Shown here: positions 29,001 to 36,745 of the stretch, piece after piece
Numbering within the stretch: position 1 is the first letter of the stretch
How the letters are laid out: the number at the start of each line of letters is the position of its first letter
Origin: Kibdelosporangium banguiense
Lineage (GTDB): Bacteria > Actinomycetota > Actinomycetes > Mycobacteriales > Pseudonocardiaceae
Assembly: GCF_017876405.1 (NCBI RefSeq)
Contig: NZ_JAGINW010000001.1
Location: 693,203 to 757,202 of the forward strand
Length of the DNA stretch: 64,000 nt
Reading direction: 5' to 3'
Notes under the pieces: model-generated
What the model saw: the letters and a program-made list of their open reading frames with translations, nothing else
The model's database searches: none
What the model was told of the DNA's origin: nothing
Made by a program: the position numbers and the translations under genes

Positions 29001-30936
29001 CCAGCGAGCTGACCACCTGGGTGAGCAGCTCCAAGCCTTCGGCCTGGGTATTGAGCCGCTGCTGGACCGGTTTGGCCTCGGCGACAGTCTTGATCGCGGC
29101 ACCGTCGGCGACCAGACGCTCGACTTCGGCGTGATACGCGACAAACGCGCCCGCTCCGCTGAGGAAAGCGACCGCACGTTGCGCGGCGGAGTCGAGTTCG
29201 TTGTCCAGCAATGTGTTCATCTCGTCGATGCGGGCGTTGTCGATGTACCGCATCTCTTTGAGCGTGACCAGATGTCCTTGTTGCTTACGCAGGTCAGCGA
29301 GCTGCGTGACCCAGGCGTCGGCGGACTTGGGCGCCTCACCGCGGACCTTGCGGATCAGGGAGGCGATGTCGTCGCTGGACGTCGCCAACGCTGTCGCAGC
29401 CTGGTTCGTGAGCGCCTGCACGCCTTCGAACTCGTCCAGCACCTGTTCGGCGGTCGCGCGGACCTCCGCCAACGGCGTACGCAGGTCGCACAGATCCCAC
29501 TCGCCCAGCCAGTGATAGTGGTCGAAAGCCCGGTCGCACGCGGCGATCAGGGCCTCGAAGACCTCGGTCGACGGCGCCATCTCGCCGACCATCCGTGAGA
29601 CCGACAGGCAGTCGGAGATCCCCCGCACCAGGTCCGCGTTGCCGACCCGGTCGAGCGGGCCGGTTCCGGTTTCCTGCGCTGCCGCATAGGTATTGGACTG
29701 GTACGGCGTCTGCCAGACCTGCATCGGGTGCACGCGGGTCGGCTCCTCGGAGACCGCGCGGAACACCACGAGAGTGCCGTCGTCGAAGAGCGAGTAGCCA
29801 TGGCACGGGATCGGGGTGCCGACTTCCTTGCGGATCACGTTGTACGGCAACAACAAGTACCGGCCCTCGGCGCGGGCGTGGAAGACGTACAGCACGTCCT
29901 CGCCGTTGTTCGAACGGATCATCCGCTCGAACTCCAGGCTGGCCACGTCGGTGTCGAACGTCTTCGCGGTGCCGGTCAGCAGGTAGTAGCCGCCTGGGAA
30001 GATGATGCCCTGGTCCTCGGGCAGGCGCTGGCAGGCCTGCCCGATGCCGTCCAGCCGCACGACACCCTTTGTCTGGGTGTTGAAAACCAGGTAGCGCCGC
30101 TGGGTTTCCTTGTACGGCAGGATTCGCAGCAGGATCAGCGCGCCGATCCGGACGTAGTGCACCTCCGCGTCGGCCAGGCTCTGCAGCGCCTCGGTCACCG
30201 GCTCGCTGTAGACACCCTCGCCGGTCTCCGTGTTGTTCTCGAGCTTGATCGTCAGGTCGCCACCGACCGTCTCGATGAACAGCTCGTTCTCGATCGAGAT
30301 GTGCGGGTGCCGCCCCAGGATGTGGTGGTCGCGGGTAGTCTCGATCCATTCGAAGTCGTGCGACGGCGGGAAAACATGGTCCCGTTCGCCACGGTTGTCC
30401 TCATAGGACACAGCACCGTCGGCGCCGACGAGCCAGCGCATCACCTTGATATCGCCAGGCCCCGCGCCGGTCTGGAACACCGCAAGCAGTTTGCCGTCGA
30501 TCCGGCGCAGCTGCAGCAGCTTAGTCTCTTTGTAGTACCGGTACAGTTCGGCGAAGTCCTGCACGAACTGCGGGTCACGCAACAGTCCTGGCAGGTCGTC
30601 GGCTTCCGCGGCGTCAAACCGGAAAGCATCGCCATCACGAGCGAACCGGTGCAACGAGACCACGTCGTCGACATCGGTCTCCGGCCGCAGCCCGATGAAA
30701 ACGTTGTAACCGAACAACATCAGGCCGTTGACCGAAACGACGTCTCGCGGCACGCAGTTGTTCTCGGTGCGGATCCGCTCGGTACCGATCAGCCGCAGCT
30801 CGGTTCCGCCGAACACCTCGATTCTGCGAGTGTTCAGTTCTTCGGCGCGGGCCGAGAGCGCGGCGGCATGCTCCGCCAGCCGCGCCCGCAGCAGTTCGTA
30901 CGTGCCCTCGTCGAGAGAAACTGTCGTCGCCGTCAT
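26074..30936 (-). CDS. giant (1620 aa) protein of unknown function with a C-terminal AAA+ ATPase module
   Basis: This is a single uninterrupted ORF. Walker A is LLLISPPGYGKTTL (nt ~27121-27160). Walker B is NVLLYLDDIQHT. The AAA+ context is FAVCMAGNPYTESGQRFRIPDMLANRADVW. I recognised no domain in the N-terminal ~1150 aa, which are coiled-coil-rich in the middle. The ATG overlaps the flotillin stop (ATGA at 30933-30936). Confidence 0.8.
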   Translation of the reverse strand: MTATTVSLDEGTYELLRARLAEHAAALSARAEELNTRRIEVFGGTELRLIGTERIRTENNCVPRDVVSVNGLMLFGYNVFIGLRPETDVDDVVSLHRFARDGDAFRFDAAEADDLPGLLRDPQFVQDFAELYRYYKETKLLQLRRIDGKLLAVFQTGAGPGDIKVMRWLVGADGAVSYEDNRGERDHVFPPSHDFEWIETTRDHHILGRHPHISIENELFIETVGGDLTIKLENNTETGEGVYSEPVTEALQSLADAEVHYVRIGALILLRILPYKETQRRYLVFNTQTKGVVRLDGIGQACQRLPEDQGIIFPGGYYLLTGTAKTFDTDVASLEFERMIRSNNGEDVLYVFHARAEGRYLLLPYNVIRKEVGTPIPCHGYSLFDDGTLVVFRAVSEEPTRVHPMQVWQTPYQSNTYAAAQETGTGPLDRVGNADLVRGISDCLSVSRMVGEMAPSTEVFEALIAACDRAFDHYHWLGEWDLCDLRTPLAEVRATAEQVLDEFEGVQALTNQAATALATSSDDIASLIRKVRGEAPKSADAWVTQLADLRKQQGHLVTLKEMRYIDNARIDEMNTLLDNELDSAAQRAVAFLSGAGAFVAYHAEVERLVADGAAIKTVAEAKPVQQRLNTQAEGLELLTQVVSSLEIADATVRTGILSRVSEVLGGINRARATVDGRRRELSASEGRAEFAAEFALLGQAITGALAVADTPQRCDEGLGRLMLQLENLESRFGEFDDFMSELGAKRTDVYEAFSARKQALLDERARRADRLAESANRILGSVQRRAGTLATLDDVNTYFAGDPMVAKLRSVADDLRALGDQVRADELDGRIKAARQEAGRSLRDRLDLYADGGETIKLGRHVFAVNTQAMDLTLVPHESGLAVGITGTDFRDPVNDPEFETTRPLWNQLLVSETSKVYRGEFLATAVLASAPALEEDALLEHVRTVAETRYDEGYERGVHDHDAARILEAVLRLRAGVGVLRYQPQARAAATIFWAFGPDDAAKSMWTRRASSLARARAVFGHTPAIDLLAGELTTEISSFLQSRGLDIADPLSGEYLFEELSSAPFGFATSAAARSLVDRFRRTLGTQAKAAQEFDDDLRSIEDLADRYQLISAWLSAFLASTGETSAELPEAIAIELCRDVARHDSSATLDATVDGLLGAHPRIIDRKLSFRLDELLARTRQFHATRVPAFRAYQQKRAALVESSRRGLRFEEFQPKVMSAFVRNGLLDEVYLPLIGDNLAKQLGTAGDSKRTDQMGLLLLISPPGYGKTTLMEYVANRLGLVFVKVNGPALGHAVTSVDPAEAPNATARQEIEKITFALEMGSNVLLYLDDIQHTSPELLQKFISLCDAQRRMEGVWKGRTKTYDLRGKRFAVCMAGNPYTESGQRFRIPDMLANRADVWNLGDVLSGKEDLFALSFVENSLTSNPVLTPLSTRDRDDVPKLVRLAKGDPAIRPDQLAHPYSSVELDQVLSVLRKLLTVQQVVLANNQAYIASAAQSDASRTEPPFQLQGSYRNMNKLAEKIVPAMNDAELAAVVDNHYLAEAQTLTSGAESNLLKLAELRGTLTPQQAKRWAEVKAAYVRERALGGNDDDPMSRAVGAVGLLADRVDSIASAIRES

Positions 30937-33068
30937 CGGGACAGCAGGCCCGCGACCGGCTGCTCACCGATACCCAGCCGGTTCGCCGTGTCCAACAGCT
31001 CCTGCAGCTTGTCGGCCTCCTTGCTGCCCGAGCCGATCAGCTTGACAAGCAACGCGGACACCGTCAGGTTCTTCACATCCGCGGTGTCCAGGCCGCCGAG
31101 CACCCTGGTGACGTCCTCGGTGAAACTCGATTCACCGTTGAGCCAAGGCTTTGCCAGCGCCCGGGCGGTGTGCGAATGATCGACGAAACCGTCCACACTC
31201 TTGCCGAACGACACGGCGCCGACCAGCCGGTCGAAGAACATCGAGTCGCCGCCGACGATGTCGATGTCGGCGTTCTCCAGACCGGCCGCGATGACCGAGG
31301 CCTGCGACTCGGCCAGGCTGCGCTGCGCGTCCAGACCGGCCAGCTGGATGTCCTTCTCCATCTCCAGCCGCAGCCGGAACTCCTCGTGTTCACGGGTCGC
31401 GTCGGTCATCGCGGCCAGTGCGGCGGCCTTCTCGGTGAGGCCCTCCGCCTCGCCCTTCAGCTTCTCCCGCAAGGCCTCCGCGATGGTGATGGCCTTCTCA
31501 CGCTCCACTGTGGCCTCAGCCATGCCGATCTTCTCGGCGCCGGTGGCCTTTGCCAGGGCCTTCTCGCGTTCCACGCCTGCCTCGGCGATCCCGATCTTCT
31601 CGGTGCCCTCCGCCTTGGCCAGTGCCTTCTCACGCTCGACAGCGGCCTCGGCGCGGCCGACCTTCTCGATCGCGTCCGCGTCACGCTCCCGGACCTGGAC
31701 GCCGGCCAGGCCCTCGGCGGCGGCTGTGGCCTGGGCGCCTTCGGCGAGCCGGATCTTGGCGCGGGTGTCGAGCTCGGCGGCCTGCTGACGGGCCTCGGCC
31801 ATGGCCAGCTCGCGGCGGGCGTCGTACTTCGCGGCCTGCTCGGCGGCCTCAGCCGCCTTGATGTCCTTGACCAGGCGTTCCTGTGCCTCTGCCTCGGCCT
31901 GGATGATCACCGTCTGACGGATGCGCTCGGCCTCTTCGACCGCACGCAACCGCTTGATCGTCTCTTCCTGCTCCGCGACGGTCTTGTCGACCGCGATCCG
32001 TTCGCGGACCACCTCGGCGATCGCGCGCTTTTCGCCTTCGAGCTCCTTGTCCTTGGCGATCCGGGACAGCTCGGTCTCCCGCTCGCGGGCGATCACCTCG
32101 AGCTGGCGGTCCTTCTCGATGCGCTCGGTCTCGATCGCGATGACCCGCTCACGGTTCTTCTCGGCCACGGCGACCTCGCGGGACCGGTTCTGCTCCTGGA
32201 TGCCCAGCTGCTCGTCGGTGCGGATCTGCGCGGTGTTGGCCTTGAGCCGCTCCTCCGCGGCGACCTTGGCGATCTCGGCCTCCTCGCGGGCCCGCATGGT
32301 CTCGATCTCGCGGCGCTGCTTGGCCTCCGCGTCGGCCCTGCGGCGCTCCAGCTCAAGGATCTGCTCCCGGGCGTCGACGTTCTGCCGGGTGATCTCCTTC
32401 TCCTCGTTGCGCTGGTACTCGTTGGTCCGCACGTGCTCGATCGCGGTCAGCTCGGTGATCTTGCGGATGCCTTGCGCGTCAAGGATGTTGGCCGGGTCGA
32501 GGTGACTCATCGGGGTCTGCTCGAGGTAGTCGATCGCGGCGTCCTCGAGGCTGTAGCCGTTGAGGTCCGTGCCGATCACGCGGATGATCTGGTCGCGGAA
32601 CTCGTCGCGCTTGGTGTAGAGGTCCACGAAGTCCAGCTGCTTGCCGACGGTCTTGAGCGCCTCGGAGAACTTGGCGTTGAACAGCTCCTGCAGCGTGGTC
32701 TCGTCGCTGGCGCGGGCGGTGCCGATCGCCTGGGCGACCTTGATGACGTCCTCGACCGTCTTGTTGACCCGCACGAAGAACGTGATCCGGATGTCGGCAC
32801 GGATGTTGTCCCGGCAGATCAGGCCTTCCTGGCCGGCCCGGTTGATCTCGATGGTCTTCACCGAGATGTCCATGACCTCGGCGCGGTGCAGCACCGGCAG
32901 CACCACGGCACCGGTGAAGGTGACGTCCACTTTGCGCACCTTGGAGATGATCAGTGCCTTGCCCTGCTCGATCTTCTTGAACAGCCGGCTGACGATGAAG
33001 ATGATCACGAGAATGACGAGCAGGACGACGCCGATCAGCACGCCCGCCCCGATTCCGATAGCGTCCAT
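30933..33068 (-). CDS. flotillin family (SPFH/band-7) protein, YqiK-like, long form with an extended Glu/Ala-rich coiled coil
   Basis: An N-terminal TM segment (GVLIGVVLLVILVIIFIVSRL) is followed by an SPFH core (ISVKTIEINRAGQEGLICRDNIRADIRITFFVRV) and a long EA-rich helical region with 22-aa repeats. Confidence 0.85.
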   Translation of the reverse strand: MDAIGIGAGVLIGVVLLVILVIIFIVSRLFKKIEQGKALIISKVRKVDVTFTGAVVLPVLHRAEVMDISVKTIEINRAGQEGLICRDNIRADIRITFFVRVNKTVEDVIKVAQAIGTARASDETTLQELFNAKFSEALKTVGKQLDFVDLYTKRDEFRDQIIRVIGTDLNGYSLEDAAIDYLEQTPMSHLDPANILDAQGIRKITELTAIEHVRTNEYQRNEEKEITRQNVDAREQILELERRRADAEAKQRREIETMRAREEAEIAKVAAEERLKANTAQIRTDEQLGIQEQNRSREVAVAEKNRERVIAIETERIEKDRQLEVIARERETELSRIAKDKELEGEKRAIAEVVRERIAVDKTVAEQEETIKRLRAVEEAERIRQTVIIQAEAEAQERLVKDIKAAEAAEQAAKYDARRELAMAEARQQAAELDTRAKIRLAEGAQATAAAEGLAGVQVRERDADAIEKVGRAEAAVEREKALAKAEGTEKIGIAEAGVEREKALAKATGAEKIGMAEATVEREKAITIAEALREKLKGEAEGLTEKAAALAAMTDATREHEEFRLRLEMEKDIQLAGLDAQRSLAESQASVIAAGLENADIDIVGGDSMFFDRLVGAVSFGKSVDGFVDHSHTARALAKPWLNGESSFTEDVTRVLGGLDTADVKNLTVSALLVKLIGSGSKEADKLQELLDTANRLGIGEQPVAGLLSR
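31491..31688. repeat. 3 x 66-bp in-frame tandem repeat inside the flotillin gene (encodes 3 x 22-aa EKIG.AEA.VEREKALAKA..)
   Basis: Units at 31491-31556, 31557-31622 and 31623-31688 are about 80% identical. Confidence 0.7.
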
Positions 33069-33071
33069 GTC

Positions 33072-33686
33072 TCAGTCCTTCAGATGAGTCTCGACCGGGG
33101 CGACCCAGAAGAACTCGCCATCGGTGTCGTAGTCGTAGATCAACGCGGTCTGGCCGGCGCGCAGGTCGTCCTGCCCGGTCTGCCGAACCTGGACGACGGC
33201 TGACGAGCCGTCCGCGGCCTGGACCTCGGCCTGGCCGAAGTCGATCGCCACCGTGCCGGTCCGGATCACGCAGGTCCGGCCGACGAAGTCCGCACGGGAC
33301 ACCGAAGGTCCACTGTGCAAGATCCGGCGCAGCGGCGCCACGAGCAACCGGGCCACCAACAGTGCCAGCACAATCGCGGCCAGTAGCACCACGATGCCGA
33401 GCCCGATCCGGGCGGCCGTGGACAGGCCTTGGGTCAGCACTGTGCCGACCAGGCTGAGAAACCAGCCGACGACGATCACCAGGGTGAGCACGATGGTCAG
33501 CGGAACGCCGCCGAACCCGAGTGAACCCAGCAGATCACCGGCGTCGTCATCGATGTCCAGAGCGCCCAGCAACGCCAGCAGCCAGTAACCGACGCAGACG
33601 ACAAGCAGGAAAGTCAGCAGGACGGCCGGAAAGCCCAGAGTCGCCCGGAAGAACTCACCCACTGTCGACCGCCCCCTGGCCCGCAC
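33072..33686 (-). CDS. YqiJ/NfeD-like membrane protein (OB-fold C-terminal domain)
   Basis: Several TM helices are followed by FVGRTCVIRTGTVAIDFGQAEVQAADGSSAVVQVRQTG...GQTALIYDYD. This architecture matches the E. coli YqiJ partner of flotillin YqiK. The start may instead be the internal GTG at 33662. Confidence 0.65.
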   Translation of the reverse strand: MRARGRSTVGEFFRATLGFPAVLLTFLLVVCVGYWLLALLGALDIDDDAGDLLGSLGFGGVPLTIVLTLVIVVGWFLSLVGTVLTQGLSTAARIGLGIVVLLAAIVLALLVARLLVAPLRRILHSGPSVSRADFVGRTCVIRTGTVAIDFGQAEVQAADGSSAVVQVRQTGQDDLRAGQTALIYDYDTDGEFFWVAPVETHLKD

Positions 33687-33723
33687 CCCCGAGCTCCCCC
33701 GAGCCGGACGCGGCGACTATAAC

Positions 33724-34206
33724 TCAGCAGCGTTCACGCAGTGATTCGTAGTCGGCGCCGTGACCCAATCGTGTCGCGGGGATGTCCGGCGAGGCGGTTT
33801 TCCGCAATTGCGTCAGCGCGTGGTGCTGTGCGATCCGGACGGCGTCCACGGTCGAACCGATCGCCTCAGCGGTCTGCTCGGCGCTCAGGCCGCACACCGC
33901 GCGCAGGACCAAGATCTCGCGTTGCCGTTCGGGCAGCCGGGTGACGTCAATGGTGAGACCGGCGCATCCGGGCTCACCTTTCAGTTCCTTGTTCACCTTT
34001 TCCGAGGCGATTCGGTAAGTCACCGCCAACAGTGGGTCCTGTTCGGCGGACAAGGCCCTCAGCACCGCGTACAACGTCTCCTTGGCCAGCAGATCGGCCA
34101 CGGCAAAGGACTCGTCCCGCCGTCCGATCCGGGCGCGGCAGTACCGCACCACCAAGGGCTTGATCGAAGCAAGAACCACGTCGCCCAAGCTGTGCTGCTG
34201 GACCAT
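33724..34206 (-). CDS. small sigma-70 family sigma factor (ECF-like)
   Basis: The 160-aa protein has a region-4 HTH (LPERQREILVLRAVCGLSAEQTAEAIGSTVDAVRIAQHHALTQLRK). It lies 37 bp upstream of the yqiJ-like gene on the same strand. Confidence 0.6.
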   Translation of the reverse strand: MVQQHSLGDVVLASIKPLVVRYCRARIGRRDESFAVADLLAKETLYAVLRALSAEQDPLLAVTYRIASEKVNKELKGEPGCAGLTIDVTRLPERQREILVLRAVCGLSAEQTAEAIGSTVDAVRIAQHHALTQLRKTASPDIPATRLGHGADYESLRERC

Positions 34207-34428
34207 GTCATCTCCCCGCGGGCTTTCTCACCGGTCTGACAGAGGGACGACCGGAATGACGGGGGCTTACGCGGCTTTCGGAGAATTTCGCAAAAAATAC
34301 CCTGCGTTCCCAGTTGACGCCGGACTGTGGCGACAATAGGCCGAATGGCCGCAGGGGTGAACTAACGGCGAGGTAACTATTTACGCGAATCGGCGTTACC
34401 TCATTGACCCTTCCTGTTCGATACTGCC

Positions 34429-34842
34429 GTGAAGAAGAAGGTCGCACTCGCCGTGGCGCTCGCCTGCACCGCCGCCGCCCTGACGGCGTGCACCAGCAAT
34501 GAGACCAAGTTCGCCGACGAGCTCAAGGCGGCGGGGTTCGGCAACGTGGCCAAGCCGACCTCCGAGACGGAGAAGAAGAGCAAGAAGATCGGCGGCCGCA
34601 CGATCAAGAGCAGCCAGAAGGTGCTCGAGGCGATGGTCCGGGTCAAGGGGTGCGACCTGGAGTTCGAGAAGGTCTCCGGCCAGTCCGGTTACTGGTTGGA
34701 CGAACTGCACGTCAACGGCACCGAACCGGACTGGCCCGGCTACCCGGAGAACCTGCGTAAACAGCAGGTGGAAAGCCTGCTCGCGGGCAACGGCCCCAAG
34801 CCTGAGGGCTTCGTGGCCTGCTACAAACCCAACGAGGCCTAG
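34429..34842 (+). CDS. putative lipoprotein
   Basis: GTG start. The signal peptide with lipobox is VKKKVALAVALACTAAALTAC. Confidence 0.55.
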   Translation: MKKKVALAVALACTAAALTACTSNETKFADELKAAGFGNVAKPTSETEKKSKKIGGRTIKSSQKVLEAMVRVKGCDLEFEKVSGQSGYWLDELHVNGTEPDWPGYPENLRKQQVESLLAGNGPKPEGFVACYKPNEA

Positions 34843-34846
34843 GGCT

Positions 34847-35668
34847 TCACCTCGTAAGGAACGCCTGCAGGCCCGCGAGGTCGTCGGTGTTGATGTGGTC
34901 GACGCCGGCCTTGAGCAGCTCGCGCCAGATCGCGGTGCGCTCGGGCCCGGCCACGTCCGGCGTCGCCCAGAATCGGACGCGCTGACCCGCCTTGTGCGCG
35001 GTGGCCACGATGTCGCGGAGCTTGGCACGCTCAGCCGCGGGGAACTCGCCCGCTCCGGTCCAGGTGAACAACTTGGTCCAGTTGTCGGAGACCAACGGGG
35101 TGAGCGCGGCCGACGAGCCTGGGCCGAGGTCGTTCGGGTCGGCGATCCGGCCGTCGTAGAAGGCAAGGCGATGACGTTGCGAGGCCATCAGATCGCGTGG
35201 CCGGTCACCGGAGATCACCGCGGTCACCGGCCCACGCAGGACGAACCCGTTGATGTAGTGGGTCATCAGCAGCGGGTAGCGGCGCAGGACCTTGTCGAGC
35301 TCGGTGTACGCGGCGACACCGTTGGTCTTGATGTCGATCAGCAGCTGGAACGCCACCGGCTTGCGGTAGACCTTGCCGCCGTTGGCCAGCACACGCTTGC
35401 GTAGCGGCTCCAGGTAGAGCGACTGCAGCGTGCGCTCCGGCCGCAGGTCCGCCGGGTCGTGACCGACCAGCAACTGGCCGTCGACCAGGTAGATGTCGGC
35501 TTCCACGCTGGTGAAGCCGTGGTCGAGGGCATCGAGCAAAGGCCGCTCGTGCTCATAGTCGTTGTGCGCGTGCGCCTGGGGCAACGGGCGCACCTGCGTC
35601 GCCGAGGCGGCAGAGGAGACACCGAAGACCAATGCGACAACACTGAGAACCACTGTCAGAACCCGCAT
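34847..35668 (-). CDS. secreted PI-PLC-like / glycerophosphodiester phosphodiesterase family protein
   Basis: ORF 34847..35806, trimmed to MRVLTVVLSVVALVFG (signal peptide). It contains the HAHNDYEH motif, which I assign to PLC-like phosphodiesterases from memory. Confidence 0.55.
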   Translation of the reverse strand: MRVLTVVLSVVALVFGVSSAASATQVRPLPQAHAHNDYEHERPLLDALDHGFTSVEADIYLVDGQLLVGHDPADLRPERTLQSLYLEPLRKRVLANGGKVYRKPVAFQLLIDIKTNGVAAYTELDKVLRRYPLLMTHYINGFVLRGPVTAVISGDRPRDLMASQRHRLAFYDGRIADPNDLGPGSSAALTPLVSDNWTKLFTWTGAGEFPAAERAKLRDIVATAHKAGQRVRFWATPDVAGPERTAIWRELLKAGVDHINTDDLAGLQAFLTR

Positions 35669-35865
35669 GTGCCAAACCCTAGATCGCCAAGATCCACACG
35701 GACATGAACGATGGGCGAAAATTTCCCCCTCTGGCAAGGACACTGAGGACGTGGGACGCCCGGTCACGAACCTCGGTGGCCGCACCAAAATTTCGTGTTC
35801 TGACAAACTTTTCGGCTGTGTAGATCAGTTTGCCTCGCGTTGTCGCCACGGGGGATGCTGACCGG

Positions 35866-36744
35866 ATGAGCCGCCCCACGCCTCCGCCTTTACCGCCGAT
35901 CGGCCCGCGGAGCTTCGACAGCGACGTACCGAACGCATCCCGCATGTACGACTACTACCTCGGCGGCGCGATGAACTTCACTGCCGACCGTGAACTGGCC
36001 GAACGTGCGAAATCAGTGCTCGCGTGCACGCCGTCGCTGGCGCGGCTCAACCGGTCCTTCCTGCGCCGGGCCGTGAACGCCTGCCTGGACGAGGGAATCG
36101 ACCAGTTCCTGGATCTCGGATCGGGCATCCCGACAGTAGGCAACGTGCACGAGATCGTCCAGCGGCGCAATCCCGACGCACGCGTGATGTACGTCGACTA
36201 CGACGCGACGGCCGTCATGCACGCGAAGAAACTGTTGGACGGCAACGAGAACGCCGCAATCCTGCACGCCGACATCCGCGACCCGGACAGTGTGCTGTCG
36301 GCACCGGAGGTCCTCGGCCTGCTGGACTTCGACCGGCCGATGGGCCTGCTGATGGTCGGCATCCTGTTGTACGTCGGCGACGAGTACAACCCGAAAGGGC
36401 TGGTCGCGACCTATCGGGACGCCTGCGCGCCGGGCAGCCTGGTGCCGATCTCGGTCATCACGCTGGAACACGTGAGCAAGTACGATCCCGTGACACACAA
36501 GCAGATGCTCGACCTGATCAGTGTCTACGACGACGCCAGCGAGCAGATCAACGTCTTCGGCGAGACGGAGTTCACGACCTGGTTCGACGGTATGCGGCTG
36601 CTGGAGCCGGGCGTCACCGTGCTGCCGGACTGGCGGCCGGACGGCGCGCTGGAGAGCGACAACGACAGCCCGGCCGGCCTGCTGGGCATCGGCGGGCTCG
36701 GCAAGATCGTCCGGGGCCCCGTCGCCGAGGCCCCGGACGCCTGA
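35866..36744 (+). CDS. SAM-dependent methyltransferase (actinobacterial DUF574-like family)
   Basis: ORF 35830..36744, trimmed to MSRPTPPP. Motifs are IDQFLDLGSGIPTVGNVHE and VMYVDYDATAV. Confidence 0.55.
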   Translation: MSRPTPPPLPPIGPRSFDSDVPNASRMYDYYLGGAMNFTADRELAERAKSVLACTPSLARLNRSFLRRAVNACLDEGIDQFLDLGSGIPTVGNVHEIVQRRNPDARVMYVDYDATAVMHAKKLLDGNENAAILHADIRDPDSVLSAPEVLGLLDFDRPMGLLMVGILLYVGDEYNPKGLVATYRDACAPGSLVPISVITLEHVSKYDPVTHKQMLDLISVYDDASEQINVFGETEFTTWFDGMRLLEPGVTVLPDWRPDGALESDNDSPAGLLGIGGLGKIVRGPVAEAPDA

Positions 36745-36745
36745 C

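Noticed and set aside
26926-33203. Very long plus-strand ORFs (26926..29598, 29728..31179, 31170..33203)
   Set aside because: They are antisense shadows of the giant ATPase and flotillin genes. Their translations are repetitive G/R/D/L-rich sequence without motifs. The minus-strand frames contain clear Walker and SPFH motifs.
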